Shown here: positions 1 to 8,054 of the stretch, piece after piece
Layout: each line of letters opens with the position of its first letter
Numbering within the stretch: position 1 is the first letter of the stretch
Assembly: GCA_002898395.1 (NCBI GenBank)
Contig: BEHE01000028.1
Span: forward strand, 1-12,334
DNA length: 12,334 nucleotides
Direction: 5' to 3'
Source: Candidatus Calditenuaceae archaeon HR02
GTDB taxonomy: Archaea > Thermoproteota > Nitrososphaeria_A > Caldarchaeales > Calditenuaceae
The notes under the pieces: model-generated
Seen by the model: only the letters and a program-made list of their open reading frames with translations
What the model was told of the DNA's origin: nothing
Database searches by the model: none
Translations under genes and position numbers: made by a program

Positions 1-447
1 GAGGAGCTGCGCTCGAGGCTAATGCCACCTATGCCTGCGATTCAGTCTGTGGCCTCGGTGGTCGCCGGAATCATGACCACCATCGGTATGCAGATACTTC
101 ATCAAGGGCGCCTCGGAAAGCCGCCAACAGGCCTCATTGTTTTTGACGGCCTCAACTCTCGCCTCTCCCGCGTCAAAATCTCAAGAGATCCACACTGCAT
201 AGTATGCAGTGAAGACTATTCCGCCCCCCTCGAGTTCTCGTTCGATTTAAACGAGACTGTTTTGAAGCTTAAAGAAACACTGGCATCAGCCTTCGGATTC
301 CCTGACCCTGAAGTGTTATACGCTGGGAGGCGACTAGATGACGATGATATCCTAGCCAGGGTTGGTGTGAAGGACAGAGACATTATTTACGTCTCTACGA
401 CACGGCTTTTTGAGCCTCTAGCAATCAGGATAGTCTCCCCCACCTGA
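1..447 (+). CDS. C-terminal part of a ThiF/MoeB-family E1-like adenylyltransferase (5' end lies outside the window) with an extra C-terminal ubiquitin-like beta-grasp domain
   Basis: Frame 1 is open from nt 1. PAIQSVASVVAGIMTTIGMQILHQG...GLIVFDGLNSRLSRVKISRDPHCIVC matches the conserved C-terminal region of MoeB/ThiF (G-rich helix, xFDxxxxxFxxxxxxRxPxCxxC). The last ~75 aa align by eye with ubiquitin (see findings). Confidence 0.6.
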   Translation, partial: EELRSRLMPPMPAIQSVASVVAGIMTTIGMQILHQGRLGKPPTGLIVFDGLNSRLSRVKISRDPHCIVCSEDYSAPLEFSFDLNETVLKLKETLASAFGFPDPEVLYAGRRLDDDDILARVGVKDRDIIYVSTTRLFEPLAIRIVSPT

Positions 448-467
448 GTGTTTAGGAGGCGGCGCTC

Positions 468-1427
468 CTAGTCTTTCTCCGAAAGTATCCGCGCCACCTG
501 GGCCTCGTCGATGTTTCCACCCGTCAACATCAATACAACTTTCTTGCCGGCTATGCTGTTGCTCATCTTGTATGCTGCTGCGGTGGCTGCCGCGCCCGCA
601 TGCTCAGCTATTTGCCTGACGTGCCTGTAGAGCTTCCTTATAGCTCTCTCCATCTCACCATCTGAGACAAGCACAACATCATCAATCCTTCCACGGAGAA
701 TTGAGAAGGGGACATCATATGCCTTAGCCACGGCAAGACCCTCCGCCCTCGTCTCCACCTTATCCCTCGAGACTATCCTCCCTTGCTTCAGAGACTCATA
801 GAAGGCCGGAGCACCCTCGGCCTGAACACCTATTACCCTTATCGAGGGGTCGACCGTCTTATAGACGATGCAAGCGCCTATCGCACCCGAGCCGCCTCCT
901 ATCGGGTTGAAGACCACGTCCACACCCGGAAGCCCCCTCAGAACCTCTAGGTGCATGGTCGCCACGCCCGGGTAGAGTAGCGTCTCGTTTATTGCGTGGA
1001 TATATCTGTAGCCCCTCTCCCGGGCCAGGGCCTCAGCATAGAGGGCAGCCTCGTCAAAGAAGTTTCCATATGTTATGACGTGGGCGCCGAGCTGTTGGAG
1101 TGCCTCCTTCTTAACGTCCGACACCCAGCTAGGCATCACCACATGCACGTCAACCCCGAAGAGGCTTCCAGCATACGCTATTGACTGGGCATGATTCCCC
1201 ATGGACGCCGTTATTACCCCAGTCCTCCTCACCTCCTCAAACATCTTGTACATATAGTAGATCCCGCCCCTGACCTTGAAGGAGTGGGTGGGATTCAGAT
1301 TCTCGAGCTTAACCCATACCTCACAGCCCAACTCCCTTGAGAGACCCTTAGAATAGATGAGCGGGGTGGGCCTAAGATATCTCTTCAATATCTGCGAGGC
1401 CTCGATAACGGTCCTCAGCGTTATCAT
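468..1427 (-). CDS. PLP-dependent threonine/serine dehydratase (threonine ammonia-lyase family, short form without ACT regulatory domain)
   Basis: 319 aa ORF. SFKVRGG motif carries the PLP-binding Lys. GGGSGAIG is the glycine-rich phosphate loop. Overall fold-type II (Trp-synthase beta-like) pattern with an ATG start. Confidence 0.85.
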   Translation of the reverse strand: MITLRTVIEASQILKRYLRPTPLIYSKGLSRELGCEVWVKLENLNPTHSFKVRGGIYYMYKMFEEVRRTGVITASMGNHAQSIAYAGSLFGVDVHVVMPSWVSDVKKEALQQLGAHVITYGNFFDEAALYAEALARERGYRYIHAINETLLYPGVATMHLEVLRGLPGVDVVFNPIGGGSGAIGACIVYKTVDPSIRVIGVQAEGAPAFYESLKQGRIVSRDKVETRAEGLAVAKAYDVPFSILRGRIDDVVLVSDGEMERAIRKLYRHVRQIAEHAGAAATAAAYKMSNSIAGKKVVLMLTGGNIDEAQVARILSEKD

Positions 1428-1447
1428 GCCCAGAAACTAAGCATTCG

Positions 1448-1460
1448 TTAAATTAAAAAA
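1448..1460 (-). promoter_or_regulatory. TATA-like box for the dehydratase gene
   Basis: The minus strand reads CTTTTTAATTTAA 21-33 nt upstream of the ATG at 1427. The spacing fits a leaderless or short-leader archaeal transcript. Confidence 0.35.
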
Positions 1461-1762
1461 GATTCCCAGCAACCGTCGACGCCTAGCAGCTTAGAAGAGC
1501 TTCCGCGAATCGAGGGTCATTGCGTGTTCTCATAGGTCTGGAAAACCTTTAAACTTAAGGATTGAGAGCAGTGTTTAGGGCAATGAAGTGTCTGGCCAGG
1601 CTGAATCGATGATTGGGATCTTGAGCGCGGAGCCCCTTTAAATAGCTGAAAAAATCCTGAAATCCCCGCTATTACAGTCTTTTTCCCGCACTCTAACAAC
1701 ATTAATACAAAACCCTAATATGCATGGTGCTGGCCTCATGGGTATGGGTGTCTGCCAAGTAG

Positions 1763-2050
1763 ATGTCGGAGACCCGTGAGAGTGTCCTGATTACTAGGCT
1801 TGTCTTAGACGTCCTGAAACCCCACCAGCCCGATATTGTCGAGTTTAGTAAGAGGTTGGCAGGGGTCAAGGGGGTGAGGAGGGTGGACTCCTCTGTCCTC
1901 GAGATGGATGCGGAAACAGAGACAGTCAAGCTAATCATCGATGGCAATGACTTGGATGTAGAGGTGATAGGAGAGACGATTAAGGCTCTGGGCGGAGCCA
2001 TACATAGTGTCGACGCAACCGTCGTTGAGAAGATAGAGCGCAAGAGGTAG
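1763..2050 (+). CDS. DUF211 (COG1888) family small protein
   Basis: 95 aa. RLVLDVLKPHQPDIVEFSKRLAGVKGVRRV...ETIKALGGAIHSVD is the characteristic DUF211 signature. A TAG stop lies immediately upstream of the ATG. Confidence 0.8.
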   Translation: MSETRESVLITRLVLDVLKPHQPDIVEFSKRLAGVKGVRRVDSSVLEMDAETETVKLIIDGNDLDVEVIGETIKALGGAIHSVDATVVEKIERKR

Positions 2051-2059
2051 TGGCCCAGC

Positions 2060-2656
2060 ATGGTTTTCGGCTGGCTACGCAATCGTTTGAAGACGGTATT
2101 CGAGGTTACAGAGACAAGGGGTGTTGCTCGACGCTATTTTTCACTTCAGGTCTTCGACGGGGCCATGGTGGGCGTCGGGCTGGTCTTCGGACTCCACCTC
2201 TCAGGCCCCCATCCGTTCAGAGTTGTCGCGCAGACAGTCGTCGCCGTGTCTATTGCCATGGTTATTTCGGGGTGGACAGGAGCTCTAATATCGGAGAAGG
2301 CTGAGCAGGAGGCTAGGATCAGGAGACTTGAGCTCGCGACCCTCACAGCCCTGAGGAACACCCTCCACACGAGGGTGGGTTCTATAGCTGTGCTACTAGT
2401 CGCGCTTGTGAACGCCCTTTCACCGGTAGTAGCGCTGCTGACGGTTTCACTACCATACATGATAACGACCCTCTTGGGAGGCGAGACAGTATATGGGTTG
2501 ATATCCTCCCTCGCAGTCACCGCAGCCCTACTCCTTACAGCCGGCGCGGTAGTCGGTCGGGCCGCTGGGATAAATGTGCTTAAAACCTCAGGCCAGATGA
2601 TAGGTGCTGGCCTAGCCGCCGCAGGGCTTATAATTCTCTTCGAGACCCTCTTCTGA
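2060..2656 (+). CDS. VIT1/CCC1-like (COG1814, TIGR00267-type) integral membrane protein
   Basis: 198 aa. It has an N-terminal cytosolic segment (TRGVARRYFSLQVFDGAMVGVGLVFG) followed by several hydrophobic helices. It starts 9 nt after the DUF211 stop, so it is probably co-transcribed. Confidence 0.55.
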   Translation: MVFGWLRNRLKTVFEVTETRGVARRYFSLQVFDGAMVGVGLVFGLHLSGPHPFRVVAQTVVAVSIAMVISGWTGALISEKAEQEARIRRLELATLTALRNTLHTRVGSIAVLLVALVNALSPVVALLTVSLPYMITTLLGGETVYGLISSLAVTAALLLTAGAVVGRAAGINVLKTSGQMIGAGLAAAGLIILFETLF

Positions 2657-2670
2657 GATCCAGGCACGGA

Positions 2671-3756
2671 TTAGAAGTCGGTGAGCCTACTCTGACCCCT
2701 CTCGCTGCTAAGGTCGTAGACCCTGACCCCGATCCTTCGAAGTTCCTCTTCTAGCCCGCTTAGAAGGGCCCTTAAGAGCTGGCGGGAGACGTTCTCCAAC
2801 TCGGTTATCTCTTGCGTTTGGTGTGGGAGGGCCATGCTCTTGGTAACCGGCTTCATCCCCCTTGTTACACCTATTAGGGATACGCCTTTGAACCCATAGC
2901 CTAGTTCGATGACCCTTCGGTGTAGTTCGCGAATGGCCCCCGCCAGCTGCCCCCATATCTCAGCCTCATCCCGAGTCTGGCGCTTCAGCGTAATCATTCT
3001 ACTCATCTGTTTCGCCTCACCCCTTGGGGTCACCTGCTCAAAATATTCGCCGCGGCTGGCGAGATAGATGAACCGCCCAACCCTGAATCCGAAAACTTCC
3101 ATGAGCTTGTCGGAGGGGGTGTTTACAAGGTCGCCGATCGTTTTTATCCCCATATCCCGGAGCCTTTTGGCAGTTTTCACCCCTACATAGGGTATATCCT
3201 CTACGGGTTTGGGCTTTAGATACTGGTCCTCTGTTCCGGGTCTTATAACGAGTAGACCGTCGGGCTTAGAGTCGTCTGCCGCCATCTTTGCTAATAGCTT
3301 GTTCTTCGCAATCCCTATACTGCAGGTCAGACCAGTCCTCGCCCTAATCTCCTTTTTCAAAGACTCCATTAGACGGGCAGCATTCTCGAAGGAGCCTGCA
3401 GCCACCTCGAGCAGGCTCAGAAACGCCTCATCAATGCTAGCCACCTCAATTACGTCTGCGAACCTGCCGGCTATCTCGAAGACCTGATGTGAAAGCGCGG
3501 AGTAATAGGGCATATCGACTGGGAGGAACACTGCGTCCACGCCGCGAAGAAGCTCCTTTGCCCGCCAAATTGGAATCCCAGATCTCACCCCGTACCGCCT
3601 AGCCACATAGTTGCTGGTGGCTACCACTCCGGAATCCGGTGTCCTGCCAGAATAGACGCAGACCACTATGGGCTTATCCCGGATGGCCGGGTTGCGTAGC
3701 TCTTCAGCCTGCGCGTAGAAATAGTCTATGTCTAGGCAGGCTACGGGACCGTTCAC
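2671..3756 (-). CDS. dinB: Y-family DNA polymerase IV (Dpo4/Dbh type)
   Basis: 361 aa, collinear with Sulfolobus Dpo4: LDIDYFYAQAEELRNP..KPIVVCVYSGRT.DSGVVATSNYVARRYGV, SIDEAFL, SIGIAKNKLLAKMAADDSKP, RRIGVRV. The start codon is GTG (plus strand cac at 3754-3756). Confidence 0.95.
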   Translation of the reverse strand: MNGPVACLDIDYFYAQAEELRNPAIRDKPIVVCVYSGRTPDSGVVATSNYVARRYGVRSGIPIWRAKELLRGVDAVFLPVDMPYYSALSHQVFEIAGRFADVIEVASIDEAFLSLLEVAAGSFENAARLMESLKKEIRARTGLTCSIGIAKNKLLAKMAADDSKPDGLLVIRPGTEDQYLKPKPVEDIPYVGVKTAKRLRDMGIKTIGDLVNTPSDKLMEVFGFRVGRFIYLASRGEYFEQVTPRGEAKQMSRMITLKRQTRDEAEIWGQLAGAIRELHRRVIELGYGFKGVSLIGVTRGMKPVTKSMALPHQTQEITELENVSRQLLRALLSGLEEELRRIGVRVYDLSSERGQSRLTDF

Positions 3757-3777
3757 TGCGTCGTCCCTTTAGAGCGT

Positions 3778-3786
3778 ATTATAAAA
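3778..3786 (-). promoter_or_regulatory. TATA-like box for dinB
   Basis: The minus strand reads TTTTATAAT 22-30 nt upstream of the GTG start, which implies a leaderless or near-leaderless mRNA. Confidence 0.4.
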
Positions 3787-3848
3787 CTTTTAACCCTTAT
3801 CCGACAACCAATCTCTAAATTGTTATTTCACCACCTAAAGCCCAAGAA

Positions 3849-3862
3849 TTTAATATATATTT
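3849..3862 (+). promoter_or_regulatory. TATA-like box for mevalonate kinase
   Basis: TTTAATATATATTT lies 35-48 nt upstream of the ATG at 3897. Confidence 0.4.
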
Positions 3863-3896
3863 AGCGGACACATAATAGTTGGTTAGAGAGACTAGT

Positions 3897-4868
3897 ATGG
3901 AATCTGTGACATACTCGGCACCCGCCAAGGTCATATTCTGCGGTGAACATTATGTCGTTTACGGGGGCAGGGCTATTGCGTGTGCTATTCCTAAGAGGGC
4001 CTACGCCACAGTAGCCCGCAGGAACGACTCGCTATTGTCAATTGAGTCGCAGGACGCAAAGATATCGGCAGTATGGAAGGGGGACAAGCTGGTTAAGTGC
4101 TCGGATCAGAGTGCGCCTACGAGGCTGCGCCCACTCAAAATAATGATTGACCGCATATCTGAAATGTATGGTGTCAAGGGATTTTCCGTCGCCATCAAGT
4201 CCCAAATTCCCAGAGGGATGGGGCTCGGCTCCTCGGCCTCGGTATCACTCGCAGTGGCGTCTGCATGCCTCGCCGCGAGTGGTCACGAGGCTAATCAGAC
4301 CGAGGTTTTAGAGATTGCCTCAATTTCTGAGTCTGAAATACATTATAGGGCATCAGGTGTAGATCTTGCTGCGTCTTTGACTGGAGGGTTTATATCCTAT
4401 GTCAGGGGCGAGAGGCCGCGACCCATACCCGTCGGCGAGAAATTCAATATTATACTTGTAAGCACTAAGAAGGGAAGGAGGACTGGTAGCATTGTTAAGC
4501 AGGTCTCAACCCTTAGAGAACAGTTCATCAACGTCTTCGACAGGCTTAGACTAGTGAATGATGAGGTCGCTGCCGAGATGGAAGTTGCGCTGAGGAATCT
4601 CAGGTTTGAGAGACTCGGCTCCCTCTTTACGATTCAGCATAACCTGCTTAAGACCATTGGAGTCTCGAATAAGACTTTAGATGAAGCCGTTGAGCACGCT
4701 CTTAAGGGAGGTGCCTTAGGCGCAAAGCTCACTGGAGCTGGTGGAGGGGGCTGCGTAATCGCGATAGCACCTCAAAATAGGGTTAAAGAGGTCGCTAAAA
4801 TTATCTCCACCAAATTCCCCGCCGAGGTCTTGACGGTACCCCATGAAGGGCTTAGGCGAGAGAAGTAA
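3897..4868 (+). CDS. mvk: mevalonate kinase (GHMP kinase family)
   Basis: SAPAKVIFCGEHYVVYG is the N-terminal mevalonate kinase motif. PRGMGLGSSASVSLAVA is GHMP motif II. KLTGAGGGGCVIA is motif III. I prefer ATG 3897 over the TTG at 3879 used by the ORF track, because alignment with archaeal MVK N-termini begins there. Confidence 0.9.
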   Translation: MESVTYSAPAKVIFCGEHYVVYGGRAIACAIPKRAYATVARRNDSLLSIESQDAKISAVWKGDKLVKCSDQSAPTRLRPLKIMIDRISEMYGVKGFSVAIKSQIPRGMGLGSSASVSLAVASACLAASGHEANQTEVLEIASISESEIHYRASGVDLAASLTGGFISYVRGERPRPIPVGEKFNIILVSTKKGRRTGSIVKQVSTLREQFINVFDRLRLVNDEVAAEMEVALRNLRFERLGSLFTIQHNLLKTIGVSNKTLDEAVEHALKGGALGAKLTGAGGGGCVIAIAPQNRVKEVAKIISTKFPAEVLTVPHEGLRREK

Positions 4869-4871
4869 CCT

Positions 4872-6068
4872 TTAACTAGATTTCCGCTTAGCTAGCCTTG
4901 TGGCACTTATAACAGTTTCCAGCCCCCAAATCTTGCTGAAGCCCTCGCCGGCCTTTTGCTGGAAGACACTTCCCTTAGCATATGTCGCTATTTCATGTGA
5001 GTAGAGAGGATTCTCAGCCATTCTGCCGATAATCCTGGCTGAACCCTTGTAGAGCTCAAGCTTCACACGCCCCGTTACATTCTCTTGGGTACTTTCTATG
5101 AAGGCGTGGAGCGCGTCCATGAGCGGGTCAAGCCAGAAGCCCTGATAGACCATCTGGCTCCATATCCTCTCGACCAGGGCCTTGAAGGATAGTGTCTTGC
5201 CGTTAAGCGTGATTTTCTCCAAGTCTCTATGGGCCTTGATGAGTATGAGGGCTGCGGGAGCCTCGTAGACCTCCCTCGACTTAATTCCCACCGCCCTATC
5301 CTCTATGTGGTCTATGATTCCGAAGCCAGTTCTCCCACCGAGTATGTTGAGCTCCTGTATCAGCTCGCCTAGCGGCATGTCCCGCCCATTTAGTCCTACA
5401 GGAACCCCCCTCTCAAAGTCTATCTCCACCATCTCCACCTTGTCGGGTGCATGTTGAGGGTTGACCACGTACTTGAAGGCCTCGTAGGGTGGCTTGACCC
5501 ATGGGTCCTCCAGCTCAGCGGCCTCAATGGAGCGGCTCCAGAGATTCTCGTCTATGCTGAATCTACTCTGTCTGAAGTCCAGCTTCAGACCCCTACTCTT
5601 TGCAAACTCTATCTCCTCGTCCCTGCTCAGGTCCCACTCCCTGATCGGCGCGATGATCCTTAACTGGGGAGCCAAGACCGATATAGTTATATCGAATCTC
5701 AGCTGGTCGTTTCCTTTCCCAGTGCATCCATGTGCAACAGCCTCGCACCCTTCCCTCAAAGCAACCTCGACTACCTTTGCCGCAATAAGCGGCCTCGCAA
5801 GGGCTGTCCCTAGTGGATACTCATCTTCATAGAGCCCATTCGCCTTGATGCACGGTTTGATATAGTGTTCTACGAACTCTTTCTTCGCGTCGATGAAAAA
5901 ATGCTTTGACGCGCCTGCAGAGAGTGCCCTATCCTCAATCTCGTCGAAATCCTCGCTCTGGCCGACGTCGACCGTCACAGTTATAACCTCCGCGCCATAC
6001 TTCTCCTTCAACCAGGGGATCGAGACAGTTGTGTCAAGCCCCCCACTATAAGCTAGGGCGACCTTCAT
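4872..6068 (-). CDS. argG: argininosuccinate synthase
   Basis: 398 aa. MKVALAYSGGLDTTV is the N-type ATP-pyrophosphatase P-loop. GCTGKGNDQLRF and the length and order of motifs are typical of ArgG. Confidence 0.95.
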   Translation of the reverse strand: MKVALAYSGGLDTTVSIPWLKEKYGAEVITVTVDVGQSEDFDEIEDRALSAGASKHFFIDAKKEFVEHYIKPCIKANGLYEDEYPLGTALARPLIAAKVVEVALREGCEAVAHGCTGKGNDQLRFDITISVLAPQLRIIAPIREWDLSRDEEIEFAKSRGLKLDFRQSRFSIDENLWSRSIEAAELEDPWVKPPYEAFKYVVNPQHAPDKVEMVEIDFERGVPVGLNGRDMPLGELIQELNILGGRTGFGIIDHIEDRAVGIKSREVYEAPAALILIKAHRDLEKITLNGKTLSFKALVERIWSQMVYQGFWLDPLMDALHAFIESTQENVTGRVKLELYKGSARIIGRMAENPLYSHEIATYAKGSVFQQKAGEGFSKIWGLETVISATRLAKRKSS

Positions 6069-6091
6069 GCTTCAACCAGCACACTACGATG

Positions 6092-6100
6092 TTTTTTAAG
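6092..6100 (-). promoter_or_regulatory. TATA-like box for argG
   Basis: The minus strand reads CTTAAAAAA 24-32 nt upstream of the ATG at 6068. Confidence 0.4.
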
Positions 6101-6130
6101 ATTATTGCCTCGGGGGTTGAGGGAAACAAC

Positions 6131-6140
6131 AAATATATAC
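6131..6140 (+). promoter_or_regulatory. TATA-like box for the SCP2 gene
   Basis: AAATATATAC is centred ~27 nt upstream of the GTG at 6163. This supports that (leaderless) start. Confidence 0.4.
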
Positions 6141-6162
6141 CCAGTTTGATCTGGAATACCAC

Positions 6163-6504
6163 GTGGTTAACAAGTCTCTATCAGCACTTCGCGAACTAGT
6201 CGCACTGGCATCGGAGAAGCCTCTGATAAAGATGCGCACGGCAAGGATGGTAAAGACATTCCAGTTCAAGCCATCAGACTCCCCACCTTACTACCTCCAA
6301 ATCGTCAACGGGGTTCTAAAGGTAGGAGAGGGCGAGGCAACTAATCCAGTAGCCACAATAATAGCCACAGACGAAGACCTAGCAGGAATCATAAAGGGAA
6401 ATGTCGACCCGGTGCAGCTCTTCTTTGCCGGCCGCGTCAAGGTACAGGGTAGCCTATTCGACGCCCAAGAACTTGCCACAATCCTGAGAGACGCGGCACG
6501 ATAA
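6163..6504 (+). CDS. SCP2 (sterol carrier protein 2-like) domain protein
   Basis: 113 aa. KTFQFKPSDSPPYYLQIVNGVLKVGEG....ATIIATDEDLAGIIKGNVDPVQLFFAGRVKVQGSLFDAQELATIL follows the SCP2 domain pattern. GTG start; an alternative ATG is at 6232. Confidence 0.75.
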   Translation: MVNKSLSALRELVALASEKPLIKMRTARMVKTFQFKPSDSPPYYLQIVNGVLKVGEGEATNPVATIIATDEDLAGIIKGNVDPVQLFFAGRVKVQGSLFDAQELATILRDAAR

Positions 6505-6571
6505 GCCAGCCACCAAACCTTCGAAAAGATATTTAACATAAACTCGTATTGAGCAAAATTTTTGCAAAAGA

Positions 6572-6645
6572 TGCCGGCGGTGGGACTCGAACCCACGGCA
6601 ACGGGATTATGAGTCCCGCGCTCTACCAGCCTGAGCTACGCCGGC
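6572..6645 (-). tRNA. tRNA with CAT anticodon (elongator Met, or Ile2 if C34 is modified)
   Basis: The reverse complement folds as GCCGGCG TA GCTC AGGCTGGTA GAGC G CGGGA CTCATAA TCCCG TTGCC GTGGG TTCGAGT CCCAC CGCCGGC A. It is 74 nt, all stems are perfect, no CCA is encoded and there is no intron. Confidence 0.9.
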
Positions 6646-6850
6646 ACTCTGGCCAGCCAAACCCAACCCGCCGGCAATACAAGCAAGGAATTAGCCTCTA
6701 TTAATCCTTGATGAGCCGCGATATGCCCAAACAGGATTTGGGGGGCGTATTGGATTTAAGGGAGGACACCTGGCCTAGGCCTTCCCATGGATGAGTAACA
6801 AGCAGACTAGTTCAATCCTATTCCCAAAAAATACTTTATATCTATGCACA

Positions 6851-7645
6851 TTATTTTACTGGTTTCCCACATTTGCCGCAGAACTTGTCGCCGGGTTGGA
6901 GCGGGTTTCCACAATAGCCGCAGAAAAGCTCTCCCCCTGTAGCTGCTGTAGACGGGGCTCCGGGGGGTGGTGGGGATGGAGGCCGGAGAGAGGGTGCTGA
7001 CTCATATATGTTTGCGGCTGACCTGCCTATGAAGACCATGAAGATAGGCGAGATGATGAGGGCTATGAGCCATCCAACGAACGGTATAGCAGAAAGCCCA
7101 GCAAGCACAAGCGTTATCACGAATATTATGATTATCCAGAGAATGTAGTTCCCCCAGCCTGCTGTTCTGATTTTTGACAATATTTGGTCAAAATCAAATG
7201 CGGCCCCCATCCTTCCCGTCTTGACCATGTGTACAATCGCCATCAACGCTATTATCATTATTAAGAACACTAGAACCAACCCTATCACTACTAGCACACT
7301 ACCAACAATTCCGAGCCCGCTGAAAGGAAATAGCACGCCAGCAACAATCGCCGAAGCAGCCCCCACAGAGATCAAGGCGACAGGAACTATCATGTAGACT
7401 AATAAGACGACGAAAATTTTTGCACCATCTATCCACAGGTCCCCATATTTCTCGAGAGGTGGTGGAGCTTCTACCCTCGGTGACTCTCTGACAACCCTTG
7501 CGAAGTACCCAACCACAATGAAGTTGACTATCGGTATTATGTTCAGAACAACTAGGATGGCAAGCCTCCCGATGTCTTTGAATAGCTTGACAGTGTAGTT
7601 GTAGGCATCCCCTAAATTTTCATCGAGCCTCATACCATTACCCAC
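6851..7645 (-). CDS. DUF4013-like polytopic membrane protein with Pro-rich linker and C-terminal zinc ribbon
   Basis: GYFARVVRES....PPPLEKYGDLWIDGAKIFVVLLVYMI resembles the DUF4013 core, and there are about 6 hydrophobic helices. The C-terminus has PSLRPPSPPPPGAPS followed by CGYCGNPLQPGDKFCGKCGKPV. The ORF-track start is GTG 7645. ATG 7633 (MRLDENL...) is an equally plausible start. Confidence 0.7.
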   Translation of the reverse strand: MGNGMRLDENLGDAYNYTVKLFKDIGRLAILVVLNIIPIVNFIVVGYFARVVRESPRVEAPPPLEKYGDLWIDGAKIFVVLLVYMIVPVALISVGAASAIVAGVLFPFSGLGIVGSVLVVIGLVLVFLIMIIALMAIVHMVKTGRMGAAFDFDQILSKIRTAGWGNYILWIIIIFVITLVLAGLSAIPFVGWLIALIISPIFMVFIGRSAANIYESAPSLRPPSPPPPGAPSTAATGGELFCGYCGNPLQPGDKFCGKCGKPVK

Positions 7646-7970
7646 CTAGCTTCGATCCGCAACTAGTGCAGTATATCATGTCTGGCGCATTCACTTTTCC
7701 ACAGTTGGGACACACCTTCTCCGACGACGGGCTAGTCATGGGTGGAGTCTTTACTATAGCAGACGACTTGACGAGAACCACGTCCCCGAAAGCAATTATT
7801 TGAGACGAAGGTACTGCCTCTTCACCCCCCTCGCCCGGCTTATCATATATCAAAACAATCTTCCCCTCAGCATCATACCCAATATCCTTAACTTTTCCAA
7901 GCCTGATAGCGGAATCCGATATAATGTCCTTACCTACGATCTCATCCCTTCTGAAGTATCTTTTACCCAA
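7638..7970 (-). CDS. PRC-barrel domain protein with C-terminal zinc ribbon
   Basis: RRDEIVGKDIISDSAIRLGKVKDIGYDAEGKIVLIY...IAFGDVVLV follows the PRC-barrel pattern. The C-terminus has CPNCGKVNAPDMIYCTSCGSKL. It uses a TTG start preceded by GGTGGGTGA (SD-like) 4 nt upstream. Its stop overlaps or abuts the start of the downstream DUF4013 gene. Confidence 0.75.
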   Translation of the reverse strand: MGKRYFRRDEIVGKDIISDSAIRLGKVKDIGYDAEGKIVLIYDKPGEGGEEAVPSSQIIAFGDVVLVKSSAIVKTPPMTSPSSEKVCPNCGKVNAPDMIYCTSCGSKLGG

Positions 7971-8054
7971 AAATCACCCACCAGTACTTGGCAAATCTAG
8001 GTATTTATTCGACACATATAAGTTTTAAAAGTTTGACATGTTTAAAAATCAATT

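Noticed and set aside
996-1184. Short ORFs lying antisense or out of frame inside well-supported genes: 996-1184, 1702-2082, 2050-2304, 2146-2667, 2708-2956, 3209-3487, 5451-5663, 5494-5832, 6291-6596, 6791-7000, 7800-8000, 9394-9612, 10981-11286.
   Set aside because: Each overlaps a longer ORF that has clear family motifs. Their translations are low-complexity (Ser/Pro/Arg/Ala-rich), as expected of shadow frames.
1584-1650. Second C/D-like arrangement: ATGAAGT, 11 nt, CTGA, 4 nt, ATGATTG.
   Set aside because: Both C-type boxes match the consensus at only 5/7 positions, and no CUGA D box lies at the required ~12 nt after C'.
1517-1702. 61-aa ORF in the dehydratase/DUF211 intergenic region.
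   Set aside because: It has no recognisable motif, an odd composition (Ser/Gln/Cys-rich), and no TATA or SD in a suitable position.
4866-4874. Very tight convergent gene ends (mvk/argG 3 nt apart; VIT-like/dinB 14 nt apart at 2657-2670), considered as a possible unusual regulatory overlap.
   Set aside because: Such packing is common in compact archaeal genomes, and no specific structure was visible.
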